Source: Centroscyllium fabricii
Taxonomy: Eukaryota
Assembly (NCBI GenBank): GCA_051313645.2
Contig: JBNRSN020000009.1
Span: forward strand, 78,864,001 to 78,928,000
Length of the DNA: 64,000 nt
Direction of reading: 5' to 3'
In this document: in pieces, positions 37,276 to 50,591 of the stretch
How the letters are laid out: the number at the start of each line of letters is the position of its first letter
Position numbering within the stretch: position 1 is the stretch's first letter
Position numbers and translations under genes: made by a program
The notes under the pieces: model-generated
The model's input: the letters and a program-made list of their open reading frames with translations, nothing else
What the model was told of the DNA's origin: nothing
Database searches by the model: none

Positions 37276-39364
37276 ACGTCATCCGACACCGGCCTTCCCT
37301 TAATTGGTTGGCAAGCCCACAGGGCAGGGCTTAACAAGGCCAATCAGGGGAAAATAACGTCCGTGCATCGGACGGTGCTGGGGGCGGGACTAGAACCCGG
37401 AAGGCAGCTGTCCCGCCCCCAACTCGTCTCGGCTGGCAAAATCTAGCCCAGACTGTATGGAGGTGTCGGATAATTCCAGCAACTTTAAACAAAAATTGTT
37501 CTCTTCATTATCCTGGGGCACATTGCCAAAAAATTATCTGTATATCAAGGCTAGTGTGGATGATCTTGAAGACATAGGGAGTTGGGACACACCTATGAGA
37601 GTGATCCAAAATATGGAGGCCAGAAAATTGAAAGTAGGAAGGTCAGAAAAGACATAAAAACACAGGCCCTGTAATCATGAGTCCTCAGGTAATGACCGGT
37701 GAGAACAAACCCCGAGGTGCATTTGTACCTAATGATGATGCCCTGGATTCTCCTCTTCGGCATGGAGTTCCGGCAGAGTGGGACTTCCACCCACGCCTCC
37801 AATTCCACTCCAACTCATACCCATTTCCCTAGGTTTGGTGTCATTAGATGCAGATGCACAGCAGCTTGTCATGGGATACACGCCACCAACAGGCAGCCCA
37901 ACAGCGCGAAGAGAACAATCCCGACAGTGCTGCAGAAATGCTCCAAAGATCGGTACAGGTGCGCCATTGAGGGTCTCGGCCATAATTGCAACCAGTATGG
38001 TGGAATGGAGGTAGAGGATTCTGCTACCAGCTCCTCTCTCTCTCCGTGAGAGACACCACAGTGCTGTTACCATTACTGACCACACCTACTGCCACCTCCT
38101 TCCCTATGGTGGGTCCAGGAACCACCATTGTATGGTTCTGAAAATGCTGTTTAGGCAATTCTTTATTTGGCTAGATTCATATTTAAAACAACTATGAACA
38201 GATTTTGGTCTGAAAAATCAGTTGCGGAGTTGGTGTCTTGGGATATCACAGCAACTCTGCACTATAGTAATGTCCCTACTTATACTCCTAGTGGGGAGCC
38301 TCATCCAGCAAACTGCGTATTAGAAAATTACCTCAAGATGTATAGATGCCACATATGGTGCAGTGTTTATTTTAATTATATGAATTGCATATTTTAACAT
38401 AATATTTATTTAATTTTGTCTTAGTTTTCATGCAACAATTACCATAGCACTATGGCCCTTTTATTAGAAATCTTAGTAAGTTTTTCCTTATCTTTTTCTC
38501 CCCTTTTCTTCTGATGGTATTGACTTTTACTGAAATACAGTTCTACATCTGCTGGCGGTCTTCAGTATCTCACCCACGTGGCCATTCTTCATTAGTAATC
38601 TGATACAGCAAATGATAGTGGGCTATTTTGCTGTGGGAGTGGAATCATAGCTTAATGCATTCGCATAAAGTTCCTATGCGCAGTACCTTAATGACCGCAC
38701 TAATCTTTTCATATGCTAATAATCAAACTGCCTAATTTCAAGGCAGTTGCGTCAGAAGTTCTTACAATCCATTAGGGTATAACTCACGTATCTCTTTATC
38801 CAAATCACTTTTTTTAGTAAATTACATAATCTTGCAACAATATGGTGGAATGCATGACTCATAATCCATATTCATATTGGTAGAAACAGCAAAAACATGT
38901 TTTTAAATTTTGCTTTAAACTGAGTGCTAACTCACATCATAATGATTCTTTCATTGAGAACGGATATTTTAACATAATCAGTTCCACATGAACTGGTGCT
39001 ACATTCTGCATTATAAAACACAATTCGAACTCAAAGACAAATCTACGCAGACAAGGATAGTAGATTCAGGAAAGTTTCCAGAAGGTGGAGAATGGTGGTA
39101 GGAGGCAACTCCAGTGCTTGATATAGCATCCAACAGTACATGCAGAGGCTGCTTAGCCAGCCCAAGAAAACCATTTCTGTTACTCATTGCAAATACAGGG
39201 TAACAGTTTTACAAGCACTGTGTCGGGAGTTGGTAGTAGACTACTTGGAATAAGAGTAAGAGCAGGGACGACCCAGGTAAAATCCCATTGGGAAAGATGG
39301 TATCTTTAGGACATGCACGAGACATATGGGGAGGTGACTCATTTTATTCAGATTAGTCACATAC

Positions 39365-39373
39365 CTCTTTTCC
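39365..39373 (-). CDS. CADPS: CADPS 9-nt microexon GKE
   Basis: tactacag|GGAAAAGAG|gtatgt; phase 0-0 between HHAE and AFAWW, where CAPS proteins carry GKE/GRE inserts. Confidence 0.8.
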
Positions 39374-41173
39374 CTGTAGTAATCCAACATTGATTGAACA
39401 GTAGGGAGGAAATTTGAATATGCAAATCAAGCATTAGTTGGGACTGGTGCATTATATTTGTACCATATAATAAAGGCACTATGGATTCAAGACTCCAGTT
39501 TCACACTCTTTTCTTTAGGTTAACAAGAACACACACTCTATAACACACACTCTATATAAAGTTAAATTTAATGCAGAAATGTATAAATAAACAGCAAAGA
39601 CATTGACACTGGAAAATGAAGCAACACTCATAAGTATTTAAAAACAAAAGACACTTAACAATGACATAACAAATGTTTGATGCTATGACAATGAGGAAAG
39701 AGGTCATTTTGTGGAATTTACTTATTTCAGTTAATTCCTTGAAAAATATGCCCAAATTAATTTCACAGATGAAATAAAAGCTCTTAACAGATGGAAACAT
39801 TTCAGACACACTAGAAATCCTTGAGGGCAGATATACCTTTTACAAGTGTCAATGTGATGTAATTAAATCTGCTTACTTCTTTAAAAATCAGTTTAAGTGA
39901 CATGTACAGAAGCTATGAGTTCACACATGTACTCGCATACAGAGTGAGTGAAAGGCAGCATATTCCATTATCATGTACACCAGTTTGATAAAGAGGGAGA
40001 TTTTACTGAAACAAGCAACGTATTTCAGTTTTGAATGCTACCCCATTGTTGACATGCTTAGCGTTTATCATTGCTTTCATTATATTCACAGGCAAATTAT
40101 CTAATGATATAAGGAGTGATTGCGTACTCCCAATGGGGAAAAATGTTTGACGGGAATGTGTACTGGCGACAGAGCTACAACATTGTAGCCCTGATTTTTC
40201 AACAAGGAATCCCTGTAGGTGTTGGAATCTTTGAAATCACCCCTGCATACCAACAGTGTTGGGCTACCAAGGCGACTGGGATCCAATTATTTTCTACCCA
40301 GAAATGATTTCAGTATTTAACTTTGAAAAAAATATTACAGGTCAATGTCAAAGTTCATGAGAAATTTTAAAGCAGCACTGGGATATTGGGAGAGGCTAGG
40401 GAGACTGTGGCTTGGAAACAGCTTGGAATAGTTAAATCCAGCACCATTAGTAATGGACACACAGCAGCTAACTCTAAATCTGTTGTAGCCTTCTCAACTA
40501 TGCAGTTTTTAAAGAACTTAAATAGTGTACTTTTCAGTGAAGCTTCTGTATCCTTATTCCATCACTTAAAATCTTTAAAGCTAGCCATGCTGATAAGACC
40601 ATGTAGTGAGGGGGGTCGTGGAGGATTTTCACAGAGCTTTATCTTCTCTAAAGTTGTACCATGGTGATTCACCTCCCTTGTGAGATTAAACAAGTTGGGT
40701 AATATCCATGTGCAAATTGTACAAGATCTGTTGGAAGGAATGGAGTTGATGCTGTCAATGACCAGACCTAGTCCCATATCTTGTTTAGACCCAGATACTT
40801 TGATATAAATCATCTTATTATTGAAGGACTTCCCAGGTGTAAGATTTCATCTGGTCATTATATTTTAGCGACATAAATATAGCAGAAAGATGTTTGTTAT
40901 TTTGAGCAAGATTGTAAAAGCATTCTAAAATAACAGCTTTGTGATTTCACTGGAAATACCAATCAAGAGGACGTGTTCCTCCTTTGTTTATCATGTTGCT
41001 ACTATAGCAACGAGAGGAAATCTACTCCCCAGGTAAATAAAGGTATACAAAATGATTGGGGGTGAGAGACGTCAAGGGATTATTAAATGATCTTATCTCA
41101 TTAGGAGCTAACATCTTTAAAATGGCTTCATACCATATCGTTCAGTGTGTAATCTAGCAACTGCAACACTCAC

Positions 41174-41280
41174 CTCTGCATGGTGCTCTTCGTTTTGCTG
41201 TAGCACCTCAATAACCAGTTCAGCAAGACGAATTGTATCTTCCAGTTTTTTGCCGGGAGTGACTAACTGTCCTACATTTT
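41174..41280 (-). CDS. CADPS: CADPS exon (E)[35 protein letters not shown]
   Basis: cacag|AAAATGTA...GCAGAG|gtgagt; 107 nt, phase 1-0; inside ORF 41117..41326. Confidence 0.96.
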
Positions 41281-42144
41281 CTGTGGTGAATAGTATCAAA
41301 AATGAGTAACATAATACAAACTGCATTTCCTCAAGTTACACTCCCCCTCATTTAATAAGCCAATTTCTAAATCTTTCTACTTTTATCCTTTAAGTACTTA
41401 ACCTAATACATACTTAACAGAAACATTTTGCAAAAAGTTAGATAAAATATACTATATTGTTTATTCCAGTTTACCAAAGATGTGCAATGCTCCAGCTAGG
41501 ATTCTACCCCGATTAAGTTCGTGTTAGGACCCATGCTCAGTTCTGATTTTAAAACATCCCTTATATCTACGAATTGTAAATATACTGTAGGACATTAATG
41601 TGCGGGAAGCATTCCAAATTTTGTTGAATCTCTCATTCCTGTAAATTCTTAAATTTTCTCTTGGATCTACTGGTATTTTTAGGAGGATTTGAATGATGAG
41701 CTTGATTAAAAATCCCACAACTGTTTCAAAAGAACCTTCGGTAAAAAGGCAGCATTTGAAACAAAGAAAGAGAACACCAAAGAACAGATCTAACTGGAGC
41801 ACTGTTGGCTGCCAAAAATATATTACTATGCAACACTGTTTACTAAAAGCACTTAAACTCAACATGCAATATGTTATGCAGCAACACTGTTAGTTTGTGC
41901 TGACATTTATATTTGTGAATGTTGTGTGCACCAAATGCTCAACAAAGAAGGCAAGAGTATTATTTTCTAGGTTCTAACTTGAAATTCAACCAATCATAAA
42001 AATGAAACAGCAAATTATTTTATTAGTTTCTATCAGACTGTAACAAACTCAATATAACCAAGGTAAGTTAAAAAAACCGATTGTTTTAAAAGCAACAAAC
42101 TACAAAAAAAATTAAACTACTAAAATAAAAAGCTGTAACAGTAC

Positions 42145-42246
42145 TTGGTGTTTGTTTAGGCATGCCTCTGATTCTCTGACTAAGAATGTTTTGCGGCACT
42201 TTTATGGATGGAAGTGCGGGCGGTGGCTTAGGCCAAGGTCGTCGTG
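42145..42246 (-). CDS. CADPS: Candidate CADPS cassette exon (A)RRPWPKPPPALPSIKVPQNILSQRIRGMPKQTP
   Basis: Strong pyrimidine tract, gacag|CACGACG...ACACCAA|gtactg; 102 nt, stop-free, phase 1-1 fits this intron; donor is weak. Confidence 0.6.
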
Positions 42247-43110
42247 CTGTCATGCATGAGTGAGAGAGACAGGAAAAGTAAGCAAGCAGGTGACTGAATG
42301 AGCAATGGTACAAGTGATGAAAAACTCATATAGTGAAGAAACACATTCATATTTATGACATTTCAAGAGGTAATCTTGTAACTGCTAATGACAGTTGTAT
42401 CTAGATGTTTCCAAAGATCTCAACAATGCACCGTATAGCAGATATTTTAAGCGCAACTCAAGACATGAAACTTGTCTTAATATCACAGTCTGAGAATATG
42501 CCACAAACTGCCAAATTCTCTTTTTGCTGGTATTGTTTTAATCCAGTTACATTAAATCGCACAGTTCACTCAAATTCTCAGCTATACGGTTTTCTTTACA
42601 GAAACTATCAGAATTTAGTAATGAAATGGCACAGGAAATCAAAATTCTAAAAATAATTCTACCCTAGAAAATAACCATCAAATCTATTGTTAAATCAGGT
42701 ATTTTGTTTGTCATTTACTTCTTTGATGTGTGCTTGTGGCTCATTTCTTCAATGAGTGCAACTAGGCTCAATGGGGATCGTTTTCAACTTCGCCGCATGG
42801 GCAATAATCTGGCAGAATGGTTCGCTCATTCATTGTAGAACCCACCCGATATACATTCTATTAAAAACAGTAAGATGATAATCGGGCAGGTTTTACAATG
42901 GTCGTGCGATCCACTCCGCCAGGATATCACCCAGGCTGTGATGCTGAAAATGAGCTGATATTCCTGTTTATGGAGCTTTATGATAAGGTAAATATGCGTA
43001 GATTGGTGGAATAAAGATAGAAAGCAGCAACTAACTAATGCATGCTCTCAGCATCCCTGTCTAGGATTGAGAATAGAGAGGAAGAGCAGGATTAACAAAG
43101 CTATTGCAGT

Positions 43111-43629
43111 TGAAGTGAATATTTAGAAATCATACTTAGGAGAAGCATGGCACCATGGGTAAGGATAAATAGCCAAGGCACTTCTGCCTGACAACGGGTC
43201 CAGGCTAACACATTTAAACTTTGAACACAGGACCAAAAGGGACCCAAGATGATTGAACAATAACAGGTCAAAGGGCTCACTCGATTAAGACTAGCCATTA
43301 GGAGATAAGGGAAGGCACAAGGTGAGCACCTGATGGTTCTCCATTGTATAGGCTTTTGATATCATTTAAAGAAAGGTCACATGAAAGTATGAATCATTGT
43401 GGTTTGGGGACATAAATACTGAGATTTCTAAGCAACCAGGGAGACAGGCCGGAACACACTGAGGAGCTCCATGCTGTCTCCCTGATCAGCCGCTATAGGT
43501 ACCTTTTTGTTTGTCTTGCTTGTCAAAACTGTTCGTTGTTGTGTGCGAAACTGTTGGACTATTTGAATCTTAATAAACTGCACCTTTTACTTTACCACAG
43601 ATTAGATGTGAATTTATTTTCACCCAACA
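43111..43629 (+). mobile_element. Probable solo LTR, TSD CAGT
   Basis: cagt|TG...CA|cagt; TATA-like cataaata at 43411; aataaa at 43572. Confidence 0.65.
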
Positions 43630-44948
43630 CAGTAGAAGCCTAAGGTTTAGATAATATCAGAGAAAAATACTGTCGGAGAAAGGGAAAGTAAAAGAGCTAT
43701 GAGCTAGTGAGAAATATTTGTAGAAAGGGCAAGGGAGATTAAAAAAAAGAAAATATCAGGTAAAAGAATAAGGGTCAATGTTTCAAAATATTAGAGTGTT
43801 AGATGTATTCCTAACTATGGAGAAACAGGACATCTAGCTATAATGAGGCTTAAGTTTGGAGAGGACTAGGAATCTAATATTCCTGTTAAACAATATTTTC
43901 AAGGAGATAGGAGGGGAAAAAGGTGGTAGAGTGACAATGCTATTTCTTCCAGTGCACTCTGCAACTGGACGTTAGAATTTTTGGTTGGACATTAGTAAAA
44001 TTGCTGATCTGCAATTTGCTTTGAATTAACTTAATTATGTAGGGAGGTGCTCGTGGTGTACAGGTTTTATGTGTTTTGCTGCCACATTTGCTCCTTGTAT
44101 GTTGTGAACTTCTTCATGCTAGTTATAGATTAATTATTGTCCTAGTTCAAGGAGTAGGACTGGTAGTGGATATTTGCAGAGTTGCAAGAGATACAACAGA
44201 CCCCCTCTGTCGGCACCCTCCCCCCGCCTGCCCCCCCACCTCCGCATTTGCAACTAACCGCCACACCAGTCTCAGGGTTATTTGATGCTATAATCACTAT
44301 GGACTTGGTCCTTTATGAGGCAGCACCTTTCATTATGTCATGGAACAGAACGATGCTGACATGAATGACAACTGGCTGCACCTGTGCACCTCTATGGGTT
44401 GCACTGGTGGAGGGTACCTCCTCACAATGTCCCCTGATTGGTGTTAGCTTAGAACAATGTGCATTTAAGAGGGTCAGAATCCCTGCCATGGTTGCGTGTA
44501 ACTATTCTACAAATTACTTGAAGCTGGGCATGACTGCACTTTGGAATTTTGACCCTAAAGCCTCCTCTCAATCGAAAACATTTGTTAATCTCTAACTTGC
44601 CAGGTGGACTACGGTCCTTTCCTTTAGCCAGTCAAGCCCCCCCGACTTTGACTGCCTCTCTCAGACTCCTTCCTAAAAGGAGCTCCATCATCTCCTCTGC
44701 ACACATCCTTCCAGCAGCCTAATCAATAGTTTGCTTGTTTCTACTTTTGACATCCTTGACCTCACCAGATTCCTCTTGGGCGACCACCCCACTGTTCCCT
44801 CGTTACAACCCACTTCATGCCCTCAAACTCAAGGGCCAACAAGCTCAAGCAACATAACACATGACTGGTCTGGTCATAGCTCAATTAGCTGAAAATGCAT
44901 TTTGTCTCCCTGTCACAGTCATAAGCTTGGAGGGCAACAAAAGGCTAA

Positions 44949-45686
44949 GGGTGTGAAATTGGCGCTCTAGCGCCGGCCCACGCTAATCGGGTGCTACAGA
45001 ATTAGCGCTAGCGATCGCGCCCAGCGCTAAATTCGGCTGAGCGCTAAGTTGTGGGCTAACTGGCAGCGCCAATGAATTTAGCGGCCAGCTGGATGTCGGA
45101 AATGACGTCATCAGCCCGCGCAGCGCCTGGGAGGCGCCTGCAGCTGAAATTGGGCAGTATCTGCCGATTTATCGCTGGGCGCTGCCTGCGCCAGCTTTCT
45201 GGGGCCGTAACAGCAGCGGGGGAGCGCTGCTTAAAAGGGAATGTGGCGGTCGGCCATTTATATTGCTGGCCGACTGACAGCACCTCCCCCCTCGGCCTCC
45301 CCCGCTGCTCCCCTGGCGGGGTCAGGCCTCTGACAACTGAGCCCAGCTCTTCGCTCCAGTGCCGGGCTCCTTCTCCCGATTCTGGTCCCACGGCGGCCCC
45401 ACGGGGCTCCAGCCGCAGCCGCGCTAGGCCCCTCCCCTTTAATCAGGGAGGAAAGCCTGCAGTACCACGGGTCACCACTATGCGCTCGTTGGCGCTGCGC
45501 CTGCGCCCCGATATTCGGCCACCTCGCACCAAGAGCGAGGCTGCCCGCCTGCTTTAGTGCCCGCACTCCCATAATGGCCGATGCAGGCGAAATTCGGACC
45601 TAATAGCGCCAACGATGAGCTGGCGCTAAAAATAGCGCATCGCCCAGGTCAGCGCCACAAAACGTGGGCTGACCAATTTAGCCCCC
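44949..45686. mobile_element. GC-rich Harbinger-type MITE (family B), TSD TAA
   Basis: taa|gggtgtgaaattgg ... ccaatttagccccc|taa. Confidence 0.88.
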
Positions 45687-46309
45687 TAAAAGTCCTTGGC
45701 TGCGGAAGTCTGCGGGCCATCCACATTGCGTTTGTGCCAGAGACGCGGGACTTCTACCCACTCGTGGCAAGTGCTGGATTTCACAGGGTTGACTTTGTGC
45801 CAAAAGATCAATGACCTAATGTAAGAGAACTGCCACTGCTTCCTTCTCTTAGCCGCCAAAGGAACCCCTAAACCAATCACCCTCACTTCTTAAATTGAAT
45901 GATAAATCAGCATTCACAGCACGCTGTGTTTCAATGGCTTTCTACCTCTTCCACCTGCAGCCTATATTTAGAGTTTCCTCACAAGCCATACTGGCATACA
46001 GCCCCTTATTAGTTCCATCTTCTCCTGTGACCGTCTCCTTCCAGCACTTCTACTCTCTATTATACTAGCTTTCTGCTGCCATCTGTGAGACATACTTCAG
46101 ATGCTTACTATCATTTAATTCTCTCAGTCTTGTTCCAGGAAAAATTGTCTCATAAAACCTGGGAGAGGCAGGGAATCAAAGGTGTAAAAATAAAAGCATT
46201 GTGGCAATTCCCTGCAAATTTTGCATTGACATGGAGAATTCTTTGCAGCTGGTCACAAATAATTTGAACATTGAGGGGCTGGGATGCTTTGCTGTTCAGA
46301 AAACTCAAT

Positions 46310-47136
46310 GGGGTCAATTTTCCTGGAGCCGACAGGCGGCTTTTTCGGCGGCCGGGGAGGGAAAATCGCTAAAACGGGGGGTAGCGACCCCTCCTGCCGC
46401 TTTTCCGCCAGCTTGTCAGTTTCACCCGACGGGTCCGTTCGGCCCGCTTCAGTCCCGCTCAGCATCGGTGGGGATGGTCGTTAGGCTCATTAGGGGCCAT
46501 TAATTGGCATCTGTCATGCCATTTTAAGGGCCCACAGCTATTTTGAACCTTTTCTTACACAAAACCCGCCTGGTGGGAACACCGCCGTTGAAACCTGGCG
46601 GAGACACATTCGGCTTGGTGACTTCCACCTTCAAGGCATTGAAGCACCTGCCGCAGAATGGCTTCCTGGCCTCCAGCATGCTGGAGGTCTAACTGTCTCC
46701 CTAGGGTGCCCAAGATTAGTGGGAAAAAACCTTTAAAAAACTTACCTTCTAGCTGCTTCCTAGTGCTTGACAGATAGGCGTTCCCTTGTTGTCAGGAGCC
46801 TGCCAGTGAAATAAACCACTTAGAGCTATCAATCATCGACTTGCGGTTAGTTTCTGTTGACAGTGGATTGTGATGTCACAATCCACTGAAACCACAGAAT
46901 CAAACAGACCAGACCACTAAGAGCTGTCAATCATCGGCTCTGCTGGTTACACAGTGGGAATCCCACCGGCTTTCTATCTAAAATCAATCAATTGGCAGGG
47001 GTTTCCCACACGCGGGGATTTAATTGGCCAATTGAGCCAAAATTGCGTGGAGCTCCCACACCCTTCAGAAAGCGGGAAAAAAAAGTGATCAGCGGGGAAC
47101 CCACCAATTCCCCACACCTTGAGGAACATTGACCCC
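46310..47136. mobile_element. Harbinger-type non-autonomous element (family A related), TSD AAT
   Basis: aat|ggggtcaatt ... cattgacccc|aat; shares taattggcatctgtcatgccattttaagggccc with 30196. Confidence 0.88.
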
Positions 47137-47676
47137 AATGTGTTCACAATAGAAGCCCGTAGAGCTTCCATTATCTTCTGAACATTGCGAAAACCAGTAA
47201 CATAATACAACTACATGGCCCTCTCATGCTGCTGCCAAGAAGTCATCCCAAAATGGATGAATTCTTCAGCTGTGCAGAATATGGTAGCAGTGTCCTTGTG
47301 AATGCAAGCCTCATGGTGCTGAGGTCTCTATTTGCAGCTTGGAAGGAGCCAGTGGCGTAAAAGTTGACGAGTTGTACTGACTTTGACAGCTACTCGCAAT
47401 GCTGTTCAGGTGGCTGATCTGGGCTGCAGGTCAGTGTGCAGAAACTGGAACAGGTCGTCCAGGGCTTAATGATTCAGTTTGCAAAGGCAAACCTCCTCAC
47501 TCTTTCTTTAGTTAGATCTCCGAGACCTATAGACTTATTGTGGGACAGAATAGCAGGTTAGCTTCATCCCTCTATGTTGCTGCATCACTCAGCTTTGCTC
47601 CTTCTGTTCTCCTCATCTTTGATCAAGGTTGCATACAGAAAAATCCCATAGGGAAGCCCATGCTGCTCTATATTAT

Positions 47677-47810
47677 GATAGCAAAATACTGCGGATGCTG
47701 GAAATCTGAAATAACAACAGAAAACGCTGGAGAAACTCAGCAGGCCAGGCAGCATCGGTGGAGCGAGGAGCAGAGTTGATGTTTCAGGTCAATAACCTTT
47801 CTTCAAAAAC
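47677..47810 (-). mobile_element. Penelope terminal fragment
   Basis: gatagcaaaatactgcggatgctggaaatc...ggcagcatcggtggag matches 5556-5642. Confidence 0.8.
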
Positions 47811-50591
47811 TGCTCTATATTATCCCTTGCCCATGGGGTAAAATATTGCTGGTGACCAGTGTAAGTGCAAAGCCTATCCAACTATCTGTCCAAAGAAAAA
47901 CATTCCTAACATATGCAGGTAAATCCGAGGTGTGGGAAAACATTGTTAGGCTGCAGATGGCTTTAAATGGGACAATTCCACCAGGCAAGCCATTATCGGG
48001 GTGAAGTTCTGCAAGGGTTCTCCCACTAATCCATTGTTCTTTGGAAGAAAAGCCCTGGAAATCCTGGGAAAATGGTGAAAATGCCAAAGTTACAGCAAAC
48101 AAACAGAATAACTCCCATGGAAAGTCATGCCATGATCTTTTTTTATCTGGTTCAAGTTCCACGATTGTAATGGGGGCGGAACTGACAGGAATTATTATGT
48201 CTTACAACATCCCATTACTTCGGTCTTATTTGTATGTGTGTGCAGCTGAAGCGGTGGGTGGAAGAAATGGCTCCCCACCTGGACTGGAAATTTTAGTGAA
48301 TGGAAAGCAAGAGCAGAAACCTACCAGCAATATACTTCACCCCAAAATTTGTCCCTGAAAATTAAGATGCATTACACCCCTTTATCATCAAAGATAGTGT
48401 AGATTTATCGGGCTCTCTTCTCCATGACTAAAAGTCTCCTCTGAGCTACCTCTATTGTCGTTTCTGATGCCAGTTGTGAGGAGCGCACCGATTTCCTTTG
48501 TATCCAAAGTTGAGGCTATCACTACCACTGCTACTCCTTCCTCACTAATGCTGAACACCTCATCTTCCTTCTCGTCTGTATCAACATCTGCATCACTATG
48601 TGCACCTATGCTGGTGTCTGCTTCAAGCGGAGGTGGTGATTGTTGGTGTTCAGGTGTGCATATGGCTGCCTCTGGTGGTTGACTGGGTTCTGCTGATTTG
48701 TGGGGAATAGATGGAGCATTATGAATACATAAGTACACACCCACTTGGGTACTTCATTGGCAATGCTTGCACTATTATGCACTTTTACACAATCAGTGTT
48801 TATAAACAGTCATGTAACGTATCAGCAAGGCTCTTAGTCCTCACCTGTGTCTGGGCACCTCACCTGTTGTCATTGGAAAATCACAGGCAACATGCACAAG
48901 ATCTTTCGAACTTGCTGATTGTGGATGAAATAGATACTTTACTACAGGCGCGCACTTGAAAAATCGAACTTATTGTGAAAATCATAGAATATCTGAGGTT
49001 GTGAAAAGTGCCATATAAATGCTGTCTTCTTTCTATGTGTAAGTGACAGAGCTCCTTGCTGAAATTAGCGTTGTGCTGCTATCAGTGAACCATTTCCCAT
49101 CACTATTCTGCATTCCACACGCACATTCTCGGACTTCTCAAAATTTCTAGTGCTCAAGTGCCTCAACAGATGCTTCGAAAGCATGAAAAGATCTTTACTG
49201 CGAATACGTCATTTTTGGCTTTTGCTTTTTCATTGCCATTTATGAATTTGCATTTCTTACACTCCCCAGTAAGCAATGTGACACCTTGACAATTTCATTA
49301 GTGAATCCGTTAAAGGTTCAGACAACATGCTTTCTGTCTCATTTCTACAAATTGGGGAATGTCAGAGCCATATCGGTGATCAATATCGGAATATTTTTTC
49401 GGTGTTACATGATGTAAGACAAAGGTTATTATTAATTTCATTACATAGGACCTCAACATATTAAATATGTGATGCAAGGCCTGAAGGCTTTATTTAACAT
49501 GAAACGTAGTGTTGTCTGGTTATTTTAAACAGTAGAGTATTGAAAGATGATTCATCTCCCTTGTATTATAACAAAAATTGATACCGAGCCAAAGAAGGAG
49601 CTATTGGGACAGGTGACCCAAAGCTTGATCAAAGAGGTAGGTTTTAAGGAGTGTCTTAAAAAAGGAGAGAGGTTTAGGAAGGGACTTCCAGAACTTAGGG
49701 CCGAGACTTCCAGAACTTAGGGCCGAGATAAGTGAAGGCACGGCCACCAATGGCTAAAGGCGGCTGCCCGTGAAAAGTGTGGACATTATAAGTAGTGGGG
49801 ACTGTATCTGAGATACCAAGATATATGAATACTCTCCATAAAATTACATTACATTGTACTTTAAAATTATTTTTAGTGTTCAGATTCTAGCGTTTTCTCC
49901 AAGAGACAAGATTGCTTCTCTAGGTATATACCTGTAGTATGAATAATTTTACAATTAAGTAACTGCAAGAAGTAAAATAATCTCAGTATAAAAGCTGCTT
50001 ATAAAGTGTCCTATACAACAACTACTTCAATGTTTTAAAGTATGTATTCATCAAAATACCTGATTTAACATATTTTAGAGATAAATTGAATTGTTCACAT
50101 GCACTGTGAAATAAGACCAAGGTTAAACCCCTCGCCTTATTCTCTATCATTGTAACATAACATCTGAGCCTCTGAGGAAACAGGAGAACACCAATAATGT
50201 TTACAAATGGTTGTTATAATAGGGACTGCATTTTCAAAACCTCGAATTATATATACATCTTATTTCTACTGATCTGTATCCAAGTTTGGAGTAGGTAAGT
50301 TAAGGACTAACTATAGCTCCATTGAGATTGCAAGAGTAAATTCTGATATATAAATTAAAGGGCATGTTAGATAACATTGAAAATCTGAAATAAATACCGC
50401 TGCCTATGTGTACACTATAGAAATTCCAGACCAGAAGATCATGCTCACTTTAAGTCACTGTCACTAAGTTGATTTAATTGAAAACCCATATGTTAACCAT
50501 TCTAAATGCAATATAGTGTGGGTATTTATAGTATGGAATGTCATCACAATGGGAATGACCCCAGTTATTGAATGAACCAGGTATGGAGGTA

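Larger units (their letters stand above)
35060..37449 (-). mobile_element. Decayed Harbinger-type element related to 250-900, split by tandem CR1s
   Basis: 35560-35592 plus 37273-37449 align with 692-900; left boundary approximate. Confidence 0.65.

Noticed and set aside
37640-38150. Overlapping ORFs as a small nested gene
   Set aside because: No recognisable domain or splice structure; likely decayed transposon sequence.
40970-41000. Homologue of the mammalian PHVDKGE microexon (CAACATGATAAACAAAGGAG)
   Set aside because: Loose similarity only, an extra base and no credible donor.
49683-49726. 22-bp direct repeat as a regulatory element
   Set aside because: Simple tandem duplication inside an L2-type fragment.
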